64,000 nucleotides of DNA from an uncultured Gemmatimonadales bacterium (GTDB taxonomy: Bacteria > Gemmatimonadota > Gemmatimonadetes > Gemmatimonadales > GWC2-71-9). Positions within the stretch are counted from its first letter, which is position 1; each line of letters begins with the position of its first letter. Location: positions 96,001 to 160,000 of the forward strand of contig CAVSQW010000014.1 of NCBI GenBank assembly GCA_963730185.1, given 5' to 3'. The notes below the pieces were generated by a model. That model had not been told where the DNA came from and ran no database searches. It saw only the letters and a list, made by a program, of their open reading frames with translations. This document shows positions 27,153-36,000 of this stretch, piece by piece. A program made the translations under genes and the position numbers.

Positions 27153-28652
27153 ATGGCCGACATCGTCCTCACCCTCGCCGACCTGGAGACGGCGGTTCCC
27201 CTCAACGCGGCCCTCGAGGCCGCCGGCTATGCCACCGCGCTGGTCTCCGCGGTCGACGACGCCCGGGCCACGGTGCGGCGGGAGCAGCCCGATCTGGTCA
27301 TCCTGAGCGGGGCCGTCTACGAGCCGCCTACTCTCGACCTGGTCGCCTACGCGCGGGACCTGGAGGCCTACACCCTCGCCCTGATCGAGCCGACCGACTC
27401 CGAGCGGGGCGAGCGGATCGCCCGGCTCGGCGCGACCGAGATTCTCACCAAGCCGGTTTCGGTGGAGGACACGGTTGCCACGGCGCGCCGGTTGGTGGAG
27501 AGCCGACGGCTCCAGCAGCGGATCGGGATCATCGGGCAGAGCGGGGCCATCCACGAGGTATTGGTCAAGATCGAGCAGATGGCGCCGGTCTCGACTACGG
27601 TGCTGATCCAGGGAGAGTCGGGCACCGGCAAGGAGTTGGTCGCCAAGGGGCTGCACGACCTCTCCCCCCGGCGGGGCAAGCCGTTCGTCCCGGTCAGCTG
27701 CGCCGCACTCACGGAGACATTGCTCGAGTCGGAGCTCTTCGGACACGAGAAGGGGGCTTTCACGGGCGCGGCCGAGCGACGGCTGGGACGGTTCGAGCTG
27801 GCGGACAAGGGCACCATCTTTCTCGACGAGATCGGCGAGATCCCGGCCAGCACCCAGGTCAAGCTGCTCCGGGTGCTCGAAGCCCGGAACTTCTTCCGGG
27901 TGGGGGGCACCCAATCGATCAAGGTCGACGTCCGAGTCATCGCGGCGACCAACAAGTCGCTCAAGGAGTCGGTGGCGCTGGGGGAGTTTCGCGAGGACCT
28001 CTACTACCGGCTGAGCGTCCTGAACGTCTATCTGCCTCCGCTGCGCGAGCGCCGGGAGGACATCCCGCTCCTGGTCAAGCGGTTCATCAGGGAGTTTTCC
28101 AAGGCTCACGATCGGCAGTTCCGGGGCATCGCCACCGAGGCGATGCATCGTCTGATCGAGGCCCCCTGGCCGGGCAACGTTCGCCAGCTCCGGAATCTGA
28201 TCGAGTCGATGGTGGTGCTGGCTCCGGGCACGGAGATCCGGGCGTCCGATATCCCCGGCGATGTGTTGGAGGGGGCCCACACGTTGCTGCCCGTCCTCGC
28301 CAGTCAGGCGCCTCGGGCGCCGGGTACCCAGGAGCTGGAGTTCATCCTCCGCAACCTCATGGATTTGCGCTTGCAGGTCGAAGAGTTGCGCCGACGGCTC
28401 GATGAGCGGCCTTCCAAGGTCCAAGTCATCGAGATTCCGGAGGCGTCGTTCACACCTTTGCACGAGGTCGTGCCAGACGTTGCACCGCCGGAGGTGCTCT
28501 ATCGGTCTGGCATGACTATGGCTGACGTTGAAAAGGCGACAATCGAGGCCGCGCTGAAGGAGTCAAAGGGGAACCGACGTCAGGCGGCTGCAAAGCTCGG
28601 AATCGGCGAACGAACGCTCTATCGGAAGATCAAGGAATTCGCCCTCGGGTGA
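27153..28652 (+). CDS. Sigma-54 enhancer-binding protein with atypical receiver domain
   Basis: GESGTGKE, LESELFGHEKGAFTGA, FLDEIGE, FREDLYYRL, WPGNVRQL and a Fis HTH. Receiver beta-3 reads PDLVILS, so the phospho-Asp is absent. Confidence 0.92.
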   Translation: MADIVLTLADLETAVPLNAALEAAGYATALVSAVDDARATVRREQPDLVILSGAVYEPPTLDLVAYARDLEAYTLALIEPTDSERGERIARLGATEILTKPVSVEDTVATARRLVESRRLQQRIGIIGQSGAIHEVLVKIEQMAPVSTTVLIQGESGTGKELVAKGLHDLSPRRGKPFVPVSCAALTETLLESELFGHEKGAFTGAAERRLGRFELADKGTIFLDEIGEIPASTQVKLLRVLEARNFFRVGGTQSIKVDVRVIAATNKSLKESVALGEFREDLYYRLSVLNVYLPPLRERREDIPLLVKRFIREFSKAHDRQFRGIATEAMHRLIEAPWPGNVRQLRNLIESMVVLAPGTEIRASDIPGDVLEGAHTLLPVLASQAPRAPGTQELEFILRNLMDLRLQVEELRRRLDERPSKVQVIEIPEASFTPLHEVVPDVAPPEVLYRSGMTMADVEKATIEAALKESKGNRRQAAAKLGIGERTLYRKIKEFALG

Positions 28653-28756
28653 AAGCGGAGGTGTAAAAGTTTGAGGCACTTGGCCGCCTTGACTTTGCAA
28701 ATCGCCGCGGCGAACGTTTCGAAGTTCGGTCACGACTCTTATCTGAGGCCGGGGAC

Positions 28757-30442
28757 GTGAACTTCGTCATCGACGGCGAGGCGTGCGTAGCATGCCTGGC
28801 ATGCGCCCGGGTCTGTCCGACGAACGCCATTGCGGTGGCGCCGGACGCGACCTGGGTCCGGGTCCTCGACGAGGCCTGCATTCGATGCGGGCTTTGCGTC
28901 CCGGAGTGCCCGCACGACGCCATTCAGGTGGCCGGCGAGGTGGGGAACGCGGTGGCGATCGCGGCCGAGGGCCTGGGGGCGTTGATCTTGGGCACGGAGT
29001 GCGCGGCGCACTTCTATCCGGCCACTCCGGAGCAGGTGGTGAACGCCTGCTATGCGTCGGGGTTCCGGGTGGTTTCGCGGGGGGTGATTGGGGACGAGCT
29101 GGTGGCGGCGGAGTATCTCCGGCTCTGGCGGACGGAGACCTGGGGCACCATGCTTCGTTCCAGCGACCCGGTGGTGGTGGAGACGATCCGGAGGGAGTAT
29201 CCGGAGCTGATCCCGTACCTGGCCCCGGTGGCGACCCCGGCAGTTGCGGAAGCGCGCTATCTGCGCTCCATTCATCAGGGCGACCTCAAGATCGTGTATG
29301 CCGGGGTGACCCCACCGGTTGGCAGCGAAGACATCAACGCGAGCATCACCTTCGCGGAGCTGGAGGAGCTCTTCCGGGTCCGGGGGGTGAACCTGCATGC
29401 CCAGCCACTGGTGTTCGCGCGGGTGCCGCAGGAGCGCCGGCGCCACTTGAGCGTGGCGGGCGGGCTGCCGATCGAGCTGCTGGAGGAGGCCAAGCACTCG
29501 AGCCGCCGGTTCCAGAAGGTGCGGGGGCTCAAGGCGCTGAAAGCGATCTCCCGGGCGGTAACGGTCGACCGGATCGACCTGGGCTTCGTGGACGTGATGT
29601 CGTTCGAGGGCGCGCTGGACCATCCGCTCTCGGGTCCGCGGGAGGAGCTCTACTGGCGGCGGGCGGTGGTGCAGAGCACCGAGCCGCCCCGGAGCCGGGT
29701 CCCGGTGGTGGAGCCCGGGGTGGTGGCCAGCATCGGGGCGGTGTTCGACATCCGGCCCCGGCGGGCGGTGGCCGACCCGGAGTCGGTGGAGCAGGTGTTG
29801 AGCGCCATCGGGCTGGGCCCGAACGGGCGCCCCTGGGATTGCCGGGCCTGCGGGTACGCCAGCTGTCGGGACTTTGCCGAGGCGGCGGCCTTGGGGCGGG
29901 CCTCGCTCCGGCAGTGCGGGCCCTACCAGGAGCGGCAGGCCGACGAGGCCCAGCGGGCCGCGGCGACCGACCTCTTGACCGGGCTGGCCACCTTTCGGGT
30001 GCTCCGGGAGCGGCTCCGGCACGAGGTGGAGCGGAGCAAGCGGAGCGGAGATCGGTTCACGGTCCTGTTCATGGACCTGGACCGGCTCAAGGAGATCAAC
30101 GACCAGTACGGGCACGAGTCGGGCAACGACGTGCTTCGGGCGGTCGCGCAGGAGGTGCGGGCGGCGGTGCGGGCCTCGGATCTGGCGGCGCGGTACGGCG
30201 GCGACGAGTTCGTGGTGATCCTGACCCGGACCGATCAGGTGGGTGCCGAGCGGGTGGCGGAGGCGGTGCGTCACGGGGTGGAGGCGGTGGGCCGCCGGTT
30301 GGGCTATCCCGAGGGAATCGTGACGGTGAGCGTGGGGATCGCCGAGTACGATCCCGACCGCCCGTCGAGCGGAGACTTGCTGGTGAACGCGGATCGCGCT
30401 CTGTACAAGGCCAAGGCCTCGGGGCGTAACACGGTGGTCTAG
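28757..30442 (+). CDS. Diguanylate cyclase with 2x[4Fe-4S], [FeFe]-hydrogenase-like and FeS domains
   Basis: Ferredoxin motifs CVACLACARVCP and CIRCGLCVPECP, hydrogenase-fold stretches YPELIPYLAPV and ITFAEL, DCRACGYASC...C, then DLLTGL, DLDRLKEINDQYGH and RASD...RYGGDEF. Confidence 0.85.
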   Translation: MNFVIDGEACVACLACARVCPTNAIAVAPDATWVRVLDEACIRCGLCVPECPHDAIQVAGEVGNAVAIAAEGLGALILGTECAAHFYPATPEQVVNACYASGFRVVSRGVIGDELVAAEYLRLWRTETWGTMLRSSDPVVVETIRREYPELIPYLAPVATPAVAEARYLRSIHQGDLKIVYAGVTPPVGSEDINASITFAELEELFRVRGVNLHAQPLVFARVPQERRRHLSVAGGLPIELLEEAKHSSRRFQKVRGLKALKAISRAVTVDRIDLGFVDVMSFEGALDHPLSGPREELYWRRAVVQSTEPPRSRVPVVEPGVVASIGAVFDIRPRRAVADPESVEQVLSAIGLGPNGRPWDCRACGYASCRDFAEAAALGRASLRQCGPYQERQADEAQRAAATDLLTGLATFRVLRERLRHEVERSKRSGDRFTVLFMDLDRLKEINDQYGHESGNDVLRAVAQEVRAAVRASDLAARYGGDEFVVILTRTDQVGAERVAEAVRHGVEAVGRRLGYPEGIVTVSVGIAEYDPDRPSSGDLLVNADRALYKAKASGRNTVV

Positions 30443-30467
30443 CGGGTAAGCGAGGGGAGTTGTCACA

Positions 30468-31214
30468 GTGACGGGACCCAATCCGAGGCCACACGAGCCG
30501 GCCGCCCGGCCAAGCGGGCCGGCGGCCGCCCAGGAGACGATGCCGGATCCGTGGGGCGTGCGGCGGGCGGAGAACCTGCTGACCACCCTCGAGGGGATCC
30601 TGTCGGCCCGGGTGGTGACCACTCCCCTGGGGGAGGTCAGCGAGATCCACGTGCTGGCCCAGTCGGGGCTCTCGGCCAAGCAGCTGGTGCGGAACATCGA
30701 GTCGGCCCTGCTGGCGCATCTGGGTCTCAAGGTGGACCATCGGAAGATCAGCATCGCCCAGACGGCCGAGGTCAAGCCGCTGGAGACGCTGGAGCACGTG
30801 GCGGTGCGCGAGCGGGCGATGCAACGGGCGGTCCTGTTCGAGGACCTGGCGGTACACCAGTCCGGCCGGGCGCAGCGGATCACGATCGCGGTGACCCTGT
30901 CGTTCGGTGGGCGGCAGGAGACGGTGGAGCAGGACGTCGCCGACACCCCGCGGGGCCGGGTGGAAGGCGCCGCCCGGGCCACGGTAGGCGCGCTGGAGCG
31001 GTTCGTGGAGCGGAACGCGCTGGCGCTGGAGAGCGTCCAGATCGTCGACGCGATCGACCGGAGTGTGGTGTTCGTGGCGGTGCAGGGGATCGGGGGCCGG
31101 GACGCGGTGCTGTTGACGGGCACGGCGGAGATCCGGCAGAACCCCGAGCGGGCGGCGGTATTTGCGGTGCTGGACGCGACCAATCGCTGGGCGGATGCGC
31201 GGCGACCCGCCTGA
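30468..31214 (+). CDS. Conserved hypothetical protein (alternative start 30540)
   Basis: Typical codon usage. EIHVLA...KQLVRNIESAL...DHRKISIAQ is a family I recall near GGDEF/HD-GYP genes (unverified). Confidence 0.65.
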   Translation: MTGPNPRPHEPAARPSGPAAAQETMPDPWGVRRAENLLTTLEGILSARVVTTPLGEVSEIHVLAQSGLSAKQLVRNIESALLAHLGLKVDHRKISIAQTAEVKPLETLEHVAVRERAMQRAVLFEDLAVHQSGRAQRITIAVTLSFGGRQETVEQDVADTPRGRVEGAARATVGALERFVERNALALESVQIVDAIDRSVVFVAVQGIGGRDAVLLTGTAEIRQNPERAAVFAVLDATNRWADARRPA

Positions 31215-31217
31215 GCG

Positions 31218-31277
31218 GTAGGGACTTGGGAGTCGGGAGTAGTGACTCGGGAGTGAGTGGTGAGTAGGCAGTAGGGG
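31218..31277. repeat. Degenerate heptamer tandem repeats, same family as 17838-17946
   Basis: gtagggacttgggagtcgggagtagtgactcgggagtgagtggtgagtaggcagtagggg. Confidence 0.55.
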
Positions 31278-31305
31278 CAGCTTCACGAACGGAACAGAAA
31301 GGAAC

Positions 31306-31548
31306 GGTAGGGAGGGAACCCCGGTCTTCGCGGCAGGAGAGCGGAGCAGAGCGGACAACTGAGCGGAGCGTTTGATGGGCCATAGCGGGGCCCGTCCTTC
31401 TTGGTCGACTAACCAGAAGGACCCGAAGGGGGGTGACGCTCATGATCAGCTGGCTCGCAGCTATCGCCGTCGGCGCTGTGCAGTTCGTGGCTGGACTGTT
31501 CTTTGCTGAGACGATGTCTTGGTGATGATCTAGGGTTCCCTCCCTACC
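31306..31548. repeat. Perfect 16-bp inverted repeat enclosing a small ORF
   Basis: ggtagggagggaaccc (31306-31321) and gggttccctccctacc (31533-31548) are exact reverse complements. Confidence 0.85.
31442..31525 (+). CDS. 27-aa hydrophobic peptide MISWLAAIAVGAVQFVAGLFFAETMSW (not in the ORF track)
   Basis: Strong RBS aaggggggtga 5 nt before the ATG and tandem TGATGA stops. Single TM-like helix with a terminal Trp, directly upstream of the HD-GYP gene. Confidence 0.7.
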   Translation: MISWLAAIAVGAVQFVAGLFFAETMSW

Positions 31549-31557
31549 AAGTCTTCA

Positions 31558-33039
31558 ATGGATCGAACTCGATCGCGCGTCAATGCTTTCGTTGTCGGCG
31601 TTGGGAGCCTCGCTCTTGCGTCGATGTTGCTGGCGTGGCGAGTTCGACCGCCCTTCCCGGGCTTTTGGGCGCTGTCAGTCTTCGTTGCAGTTGGCGCCTT
31701 GTTGGAACTGACTAGCACCCAGCAAAAGGCAACAGGCGCCACAGGCAACATCTCCTTCGTCATCGACCTTTCGGCACCTTTGATCTTTGGCGGCTTCTGG
31801 GCTGCACTGATTACAGCGCTACGCGTTCTCGTCAGCAACCTCCTTGGCCGTAAGGCGCCGATTCGGGTCGCGTTCAATCTTGCCCAGACTACGCTTGCGG
31901 TCGTCGTCGCGTCGACCGTCTACCATATACTGGTGCCGCAGATCCCGCCGCGGCTACTGGTCGACTATGCGAGCCTTCCGTTTGATGAGGTATTGCGGCA
32001 ACTAGGGGCGTTCCTAGTCGCGGCGGCTCTATATTTTTCTGTCAACGCCATTGCAGTTACCACGGTCGTGAGCCTGAGCGCCGGCCGAACCGTCAGAGGC
32101 TCGATTGGCCTTAAGGCCTTCAGCTTCCTCGGCTACGACTTGCTGGCGAGTCTCCTCGCCATGGTGGTCGCGTGGGTCTTTGTCAGTTTCGACGAGGAGA
32201 ACGGACTCGCACGCCTTGCCCTGCTTGCCGTATTCGTGCCGGTAATCTTGGCGCGCCACATGTACGGAAAGCTCAATACCCTCCAGATCCTCTACGACGA
32301 GCTTGATCACGCCCACGAAGGCCTAGAATTGGCGTTACGTGAGCAACTCGAGATGATGGTTAAATCGATCGAGGCTCGCGATCCTTACACGTCAGGGCAT
32401 TCGCGACGTGTGGCGGCCCTGTCGAAGGCTATCGCAACGGATCTGGGTTTCACGGGTGAGGTGCTTGGTGAGGTTGAGAATGCGGCCCTCCTCCATGACG
32501 TTGGTAAGATCCACGCTGAATTCGCTCCACTCCTACAGAAGGAAGGGCGTTTGACGCAGGAGGAGTGGGAAATCATGAAGACCCACGCAGCCAAGAGTGC
32601 CGAGCTTGTCGGACTCTTTAGCCGCTTTCGTGGGACGGTTCAATCGGCCGTGCGATCACATCACGAGAGATGGGACGGTAAGGGCTACCCTGACGGGCTT
32701 GATGGCGACGAGATCCCACTCGGCGCTCGGATCATCATGATTTCGGACACCATTGACGCGATGACAACCGACAGGCCCTATCGGAAGGCCCTACCCTTCG
32801 AACGAGTCGTAAGTGAGTTGCAGAAGTACCGCGGGGCCCAGTTCGATCCGCGCTTGGTGGACGTGACAATCAACTCTGTCACAGTTCGCCGGCTGGTTTC
32901 AGACAAGGAGTTTCTGGCCGAGCAGACCCGGTCAGATCGCCCGATCACGAAGGTGCGGACTCGACCGGCCCTGCGATCGCAATCCAACTTCCTTGACGCA
33001 ATCCGGCCGGGTGTGTCTGGTGCAGGACGGGCAGGCTAG
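31558..33039 (+). CDS. Multi-TM (MASE9-like) HD-GYP cyclic dinucleotide phosphodiesterase
   Basis: About 7-8 N-terminal TM segments (AFNLAQ), then EARDPYTSGHSRRV, LLHDVGK, HHERWDGKGYPDGL and DAMTTDRPYRKA. Confidence 0.9.
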   Translation: MDRTRSRVNAFVVGVGSLALASMLLAWRVRPPFPGFWALSVFVAVGALLELTSTQQKATGATGNISFVIDLSAPLIFGGFWAALITALRVLVSNLLGRKAPIRVAFNLAQTTLAVVVASTVYHILVPQIPPRLLVDYASLPFDEVLRQLGAFLVAAALYFSVNAIAVTTVVSLSAGRTVRGSIGLKAFSFLGYDLLASLLAMVVAWVFVSFDEENGLARLALLAVFVPVILARHMYGKLNTLQILYDELDHAHEGLELALREQLEMMVKSIEARDPYTSGHSRRVAALSKAIATDLGFTGEVLGEVENAALLHDVGKIHAEFAPLLQKEGRLTQEEWEIMKTHAAKSAELVGLFSRFRGTVQSAVRSHHERWDGKGYPDGLDGDEIPLGARIIMISDTIDAMTTDRPYRKALPFERVVSELQKYRGAQFDPRLVDVTINSVTVRRLVSDKEFLAEQTRSDRPITKVRTRPALRSQSNFLDAIRPGVSGAGRAG

Positions 33040-33049
33040 GCGCGCTTCC

Positions 33050-36000
33050 TCAGATCACCTCGAGGCGGTGCAGGTGCTTGGCGGTTTCGACGCTCAACGC
33101 TGACACCCACTTTGTTAGCTCCTGAGATGCCGCCTGAGGGGCAAGTCCGAACGCGGATTGACTGAGGCGGACTAAGGCCGAGGCGACGTCAACGCGGTCG
33201 ACAGCGTCAAGTGGGCCTAGACACTTCTGCCAGTGAGCCACGCGAGCTATCGCTTCCGTCGCCTGGCCGTTGAGAATCGCCAATCTGGCCACCCACCGCG
33301 CATACTTCCCCACGACGCCGGTCGCGAGCGGATCGCCGAACCTGCCTGTGGTTGCAACTGTGCCGCTCTCGATTGCTAGCTTACGCTTCCCCATTGCCCA
33401 CAAGATGTCTGCCTGTGAGAGCAGCCAGTCCTGCTCGATTACTGGTATACCAGCGTGGCGGGCCACGTCACTGCCTAGGTCGAGACCTTCTCCGACACCG
33501 GCGGACTGCCCCAGTAGGGCGTTGGCCAGGGTGCCGTGCGCAATTGCATGGATGAGGTAGCTCGGTGCCCGAATCGCATTTAGTCGTGGAATTGCCTTCT
33601 CGGCTGCCTTGGCCGCTTCGCGGTAGTGACACAAGTTAAGGAGAGTTAGCGCGAGGGAAGCGCTGAGTTCACCGACCAAGGCTTCGTTATCCAACCTGTC
33701 CGCGAACCGCAGGCCCTCCGCGAGGATTGGGAGCGTGGCGGCGTACTCGCCCTTCACGACATGGATCGCTGCCTTGCCTGCCAGGACGCGGACAAACGCG
33801 GAATCGGCCCGCTCATTCTCCCTGCAGGCTACCTCGGCAAGCGATGCTAGGCGCTCGGCCTCGTCGAAATTCCGCAGATTGTAGAGCAGGATCGCGCGGC
33901 TGATCGTCAACAGAAGTGACTGATCGATATGGCCAGGCTGCAGTGCGCTATGGGCATCGAGCACCTGTCTGATCAGTGGTTGCTCTTGGGTTCCAACGGC
34001 CATACGTGCGGCGAGCATATAGGCTGGCCCGACGGCCTCGCCGTCGATGGTGCTGACGCGAAGCAGTGTCGCGACTGTGTTGCTCGTTGAATCACGGGGG
34101 ATTGCACCGAGTTGCCATTCGGCGTGCAGCCGAAACACCATAGCCAGTTGCTCAAGCGTCGCCGGCAACTCCCCGGCCTCCTCCAGCACTTGGAGAGACT
34201 CCCCCCAGCGTCCCAACTCCTGGTGCAGGTCCGCCAGCACGACGCGGGCGCGGGTCTGCGACGCGGGGTCGATCTCGCCGAGGGCCGATTCCAGCGCGAG
34301 GACCGCCTCGTCCGGCGCGCCACGGTCCTTGGCCTCGGACGCCCCCCGGAAGAGGCGAGGGGTCGCTTCCACCCGGCGGCCGGCCCGCATCAGGTGCCAG
34401 GCGATCTCGAGCCCCGGGACTGCTCGTCCGCCCTCCTCGTCCGCCAGGAGGCGGTCGGCGATCGCTGCGTGCAGCGCGGTCCGTACCGGGCCCGCGATCT
34501 GGCGGTACACGTGCGCCCGAACCAGCTCGTTGATGAATTCGAGGGTGGCGCCGACGCTTCGGAGGATGCGCTTGGTGGTCAGCTCCGAGATGCCCTCCAC
34601 GGTCTGTCCGAAGCTGAGGTCGACCAGGCCGAACATCGAGAGGTCGCTGGCCCGACTGCCAAGCAAGGCCGAAAGGGTGAGGACCTGACGGGCGCTGTGC
34701 GACAGCGTGACCAGGATCCGCTCGGCGATCATGGCGTAGGTGTCGCGGTCGCGGGTGCGGTCCGGTCCGAATTCCGCCGTCATCGCCCCGAAGGCGAGCG
34801 CCAGCGATTTGGCACCGTTGATTCGCCAGTCCTGGGTCAAGAGCTCGAGGGCCATCGGAAACCCGCGGGATGCCCGGACCAGGGCCCGCCGCTCCGGCAC
34901 TCGGGGCGTGGCGTCGGCTCCCTCCAGAATGACCTCGAGCAGCTCGGCCGTGTCGTCCTCGGGCATCGGCTCGAGGCCGAGCGGCTCCATCGAGAGCCGG
35001 TCCATGCCCTCGCGGATCCGCCGGGCCTGGTGCGATTCGTCCTCGTCGGCGGGGCGGGCGGTGAGGACCACCATGTAGCGTCCCCGGTCGAGCCGGCGGA
35101 GGACGAGGTGGAGGACCGCGAGGCTGGCCTCGTCGGCCACGGGATAGTCGTCGAGGACCAGGAGCAGCGGCCGCTCGTCCATCACGGCGATCAGGAGGTC
35201 CATCACCCCTTCCGCGAAGAAGAGGCGCGCGGTCTCGCCCTCGCTGGGGCGCGGGGGCGGCAGGTTGGGGTAGTGATCCTTGACCCCGGGCACGACCTGC
35301 GCGATCTCGGCGAGCGCCGACGGGGCGGTCGCCGCCACGCCGGGACGGCCCAGGAGCCCGCTGACCAGCGCCCCAATGGTGGCGTACGGCAGGCGCTGCT
35401 CCAGGTGATAGCACTGGACTCGGGAGACCGACGCCCCTTCGAGACCGGCGGCCGTCACCAGGCGCTGGGCCAGGGTGGTCTTGCCGACCCCGCTGTCGCC
35501 CACGATGCAACGGTGACGAGGCCGGAACTGGTGGGTGGTTTCCCAGGTCTCGTAGAGGGCCCGATACTCACGCCGCCGGCCCACGAACTTCCGGTCCCGC
35601 CACTGCTCGGCCGGCACCGCCGGCATCGCCACCGGCTCGCGGGGCTCCCAGCCTCGCTTCTTGAGCTGGCCGGCCATCCCTTCGAGCAGCCCCGACGGCT
35701 CGGCCCCGAGCTCGGCCGCGAGCAGAGCCTTCCACTCGTCGAAGACCCGAAGCGCCGAGAAGCGGTCGCCGGCCAGCGCCAGTGCCTCGATCTTGGCTCG
35801 GATGCCCTCTTCCGCCAGGTGATCGAGGGCGAGCAGGCGCTCGGCCCGGGTCATGATCTCGTCGTGCGAGCCCCGTCGCCTGGCGTGGTCGATCAGGGTC
35901 AGGAGCGCCGCGTGGATCGACGGTAGCCGCCGGGCGTGCTCCCGTTCCTTCCAGAGCGAGAACTCGGGCGCATCCGGCAGGTCGAATCCGCGGAGAAAGC

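Noticed and set aside
28757..30442. Functional H2-metabolising [FeFe]-hydrogenase
   Set aside because: All three H-cluster cysteine motifs are missing and no maturases are in the window.
31306..31548. Retron-like a1/a2 inverted repeats or MITE ends
   Set aside because: No reverse transcriptase or transposase in the window and no evident target-site duplication. Kept only as an RNA-fold or inversion hypothesis.
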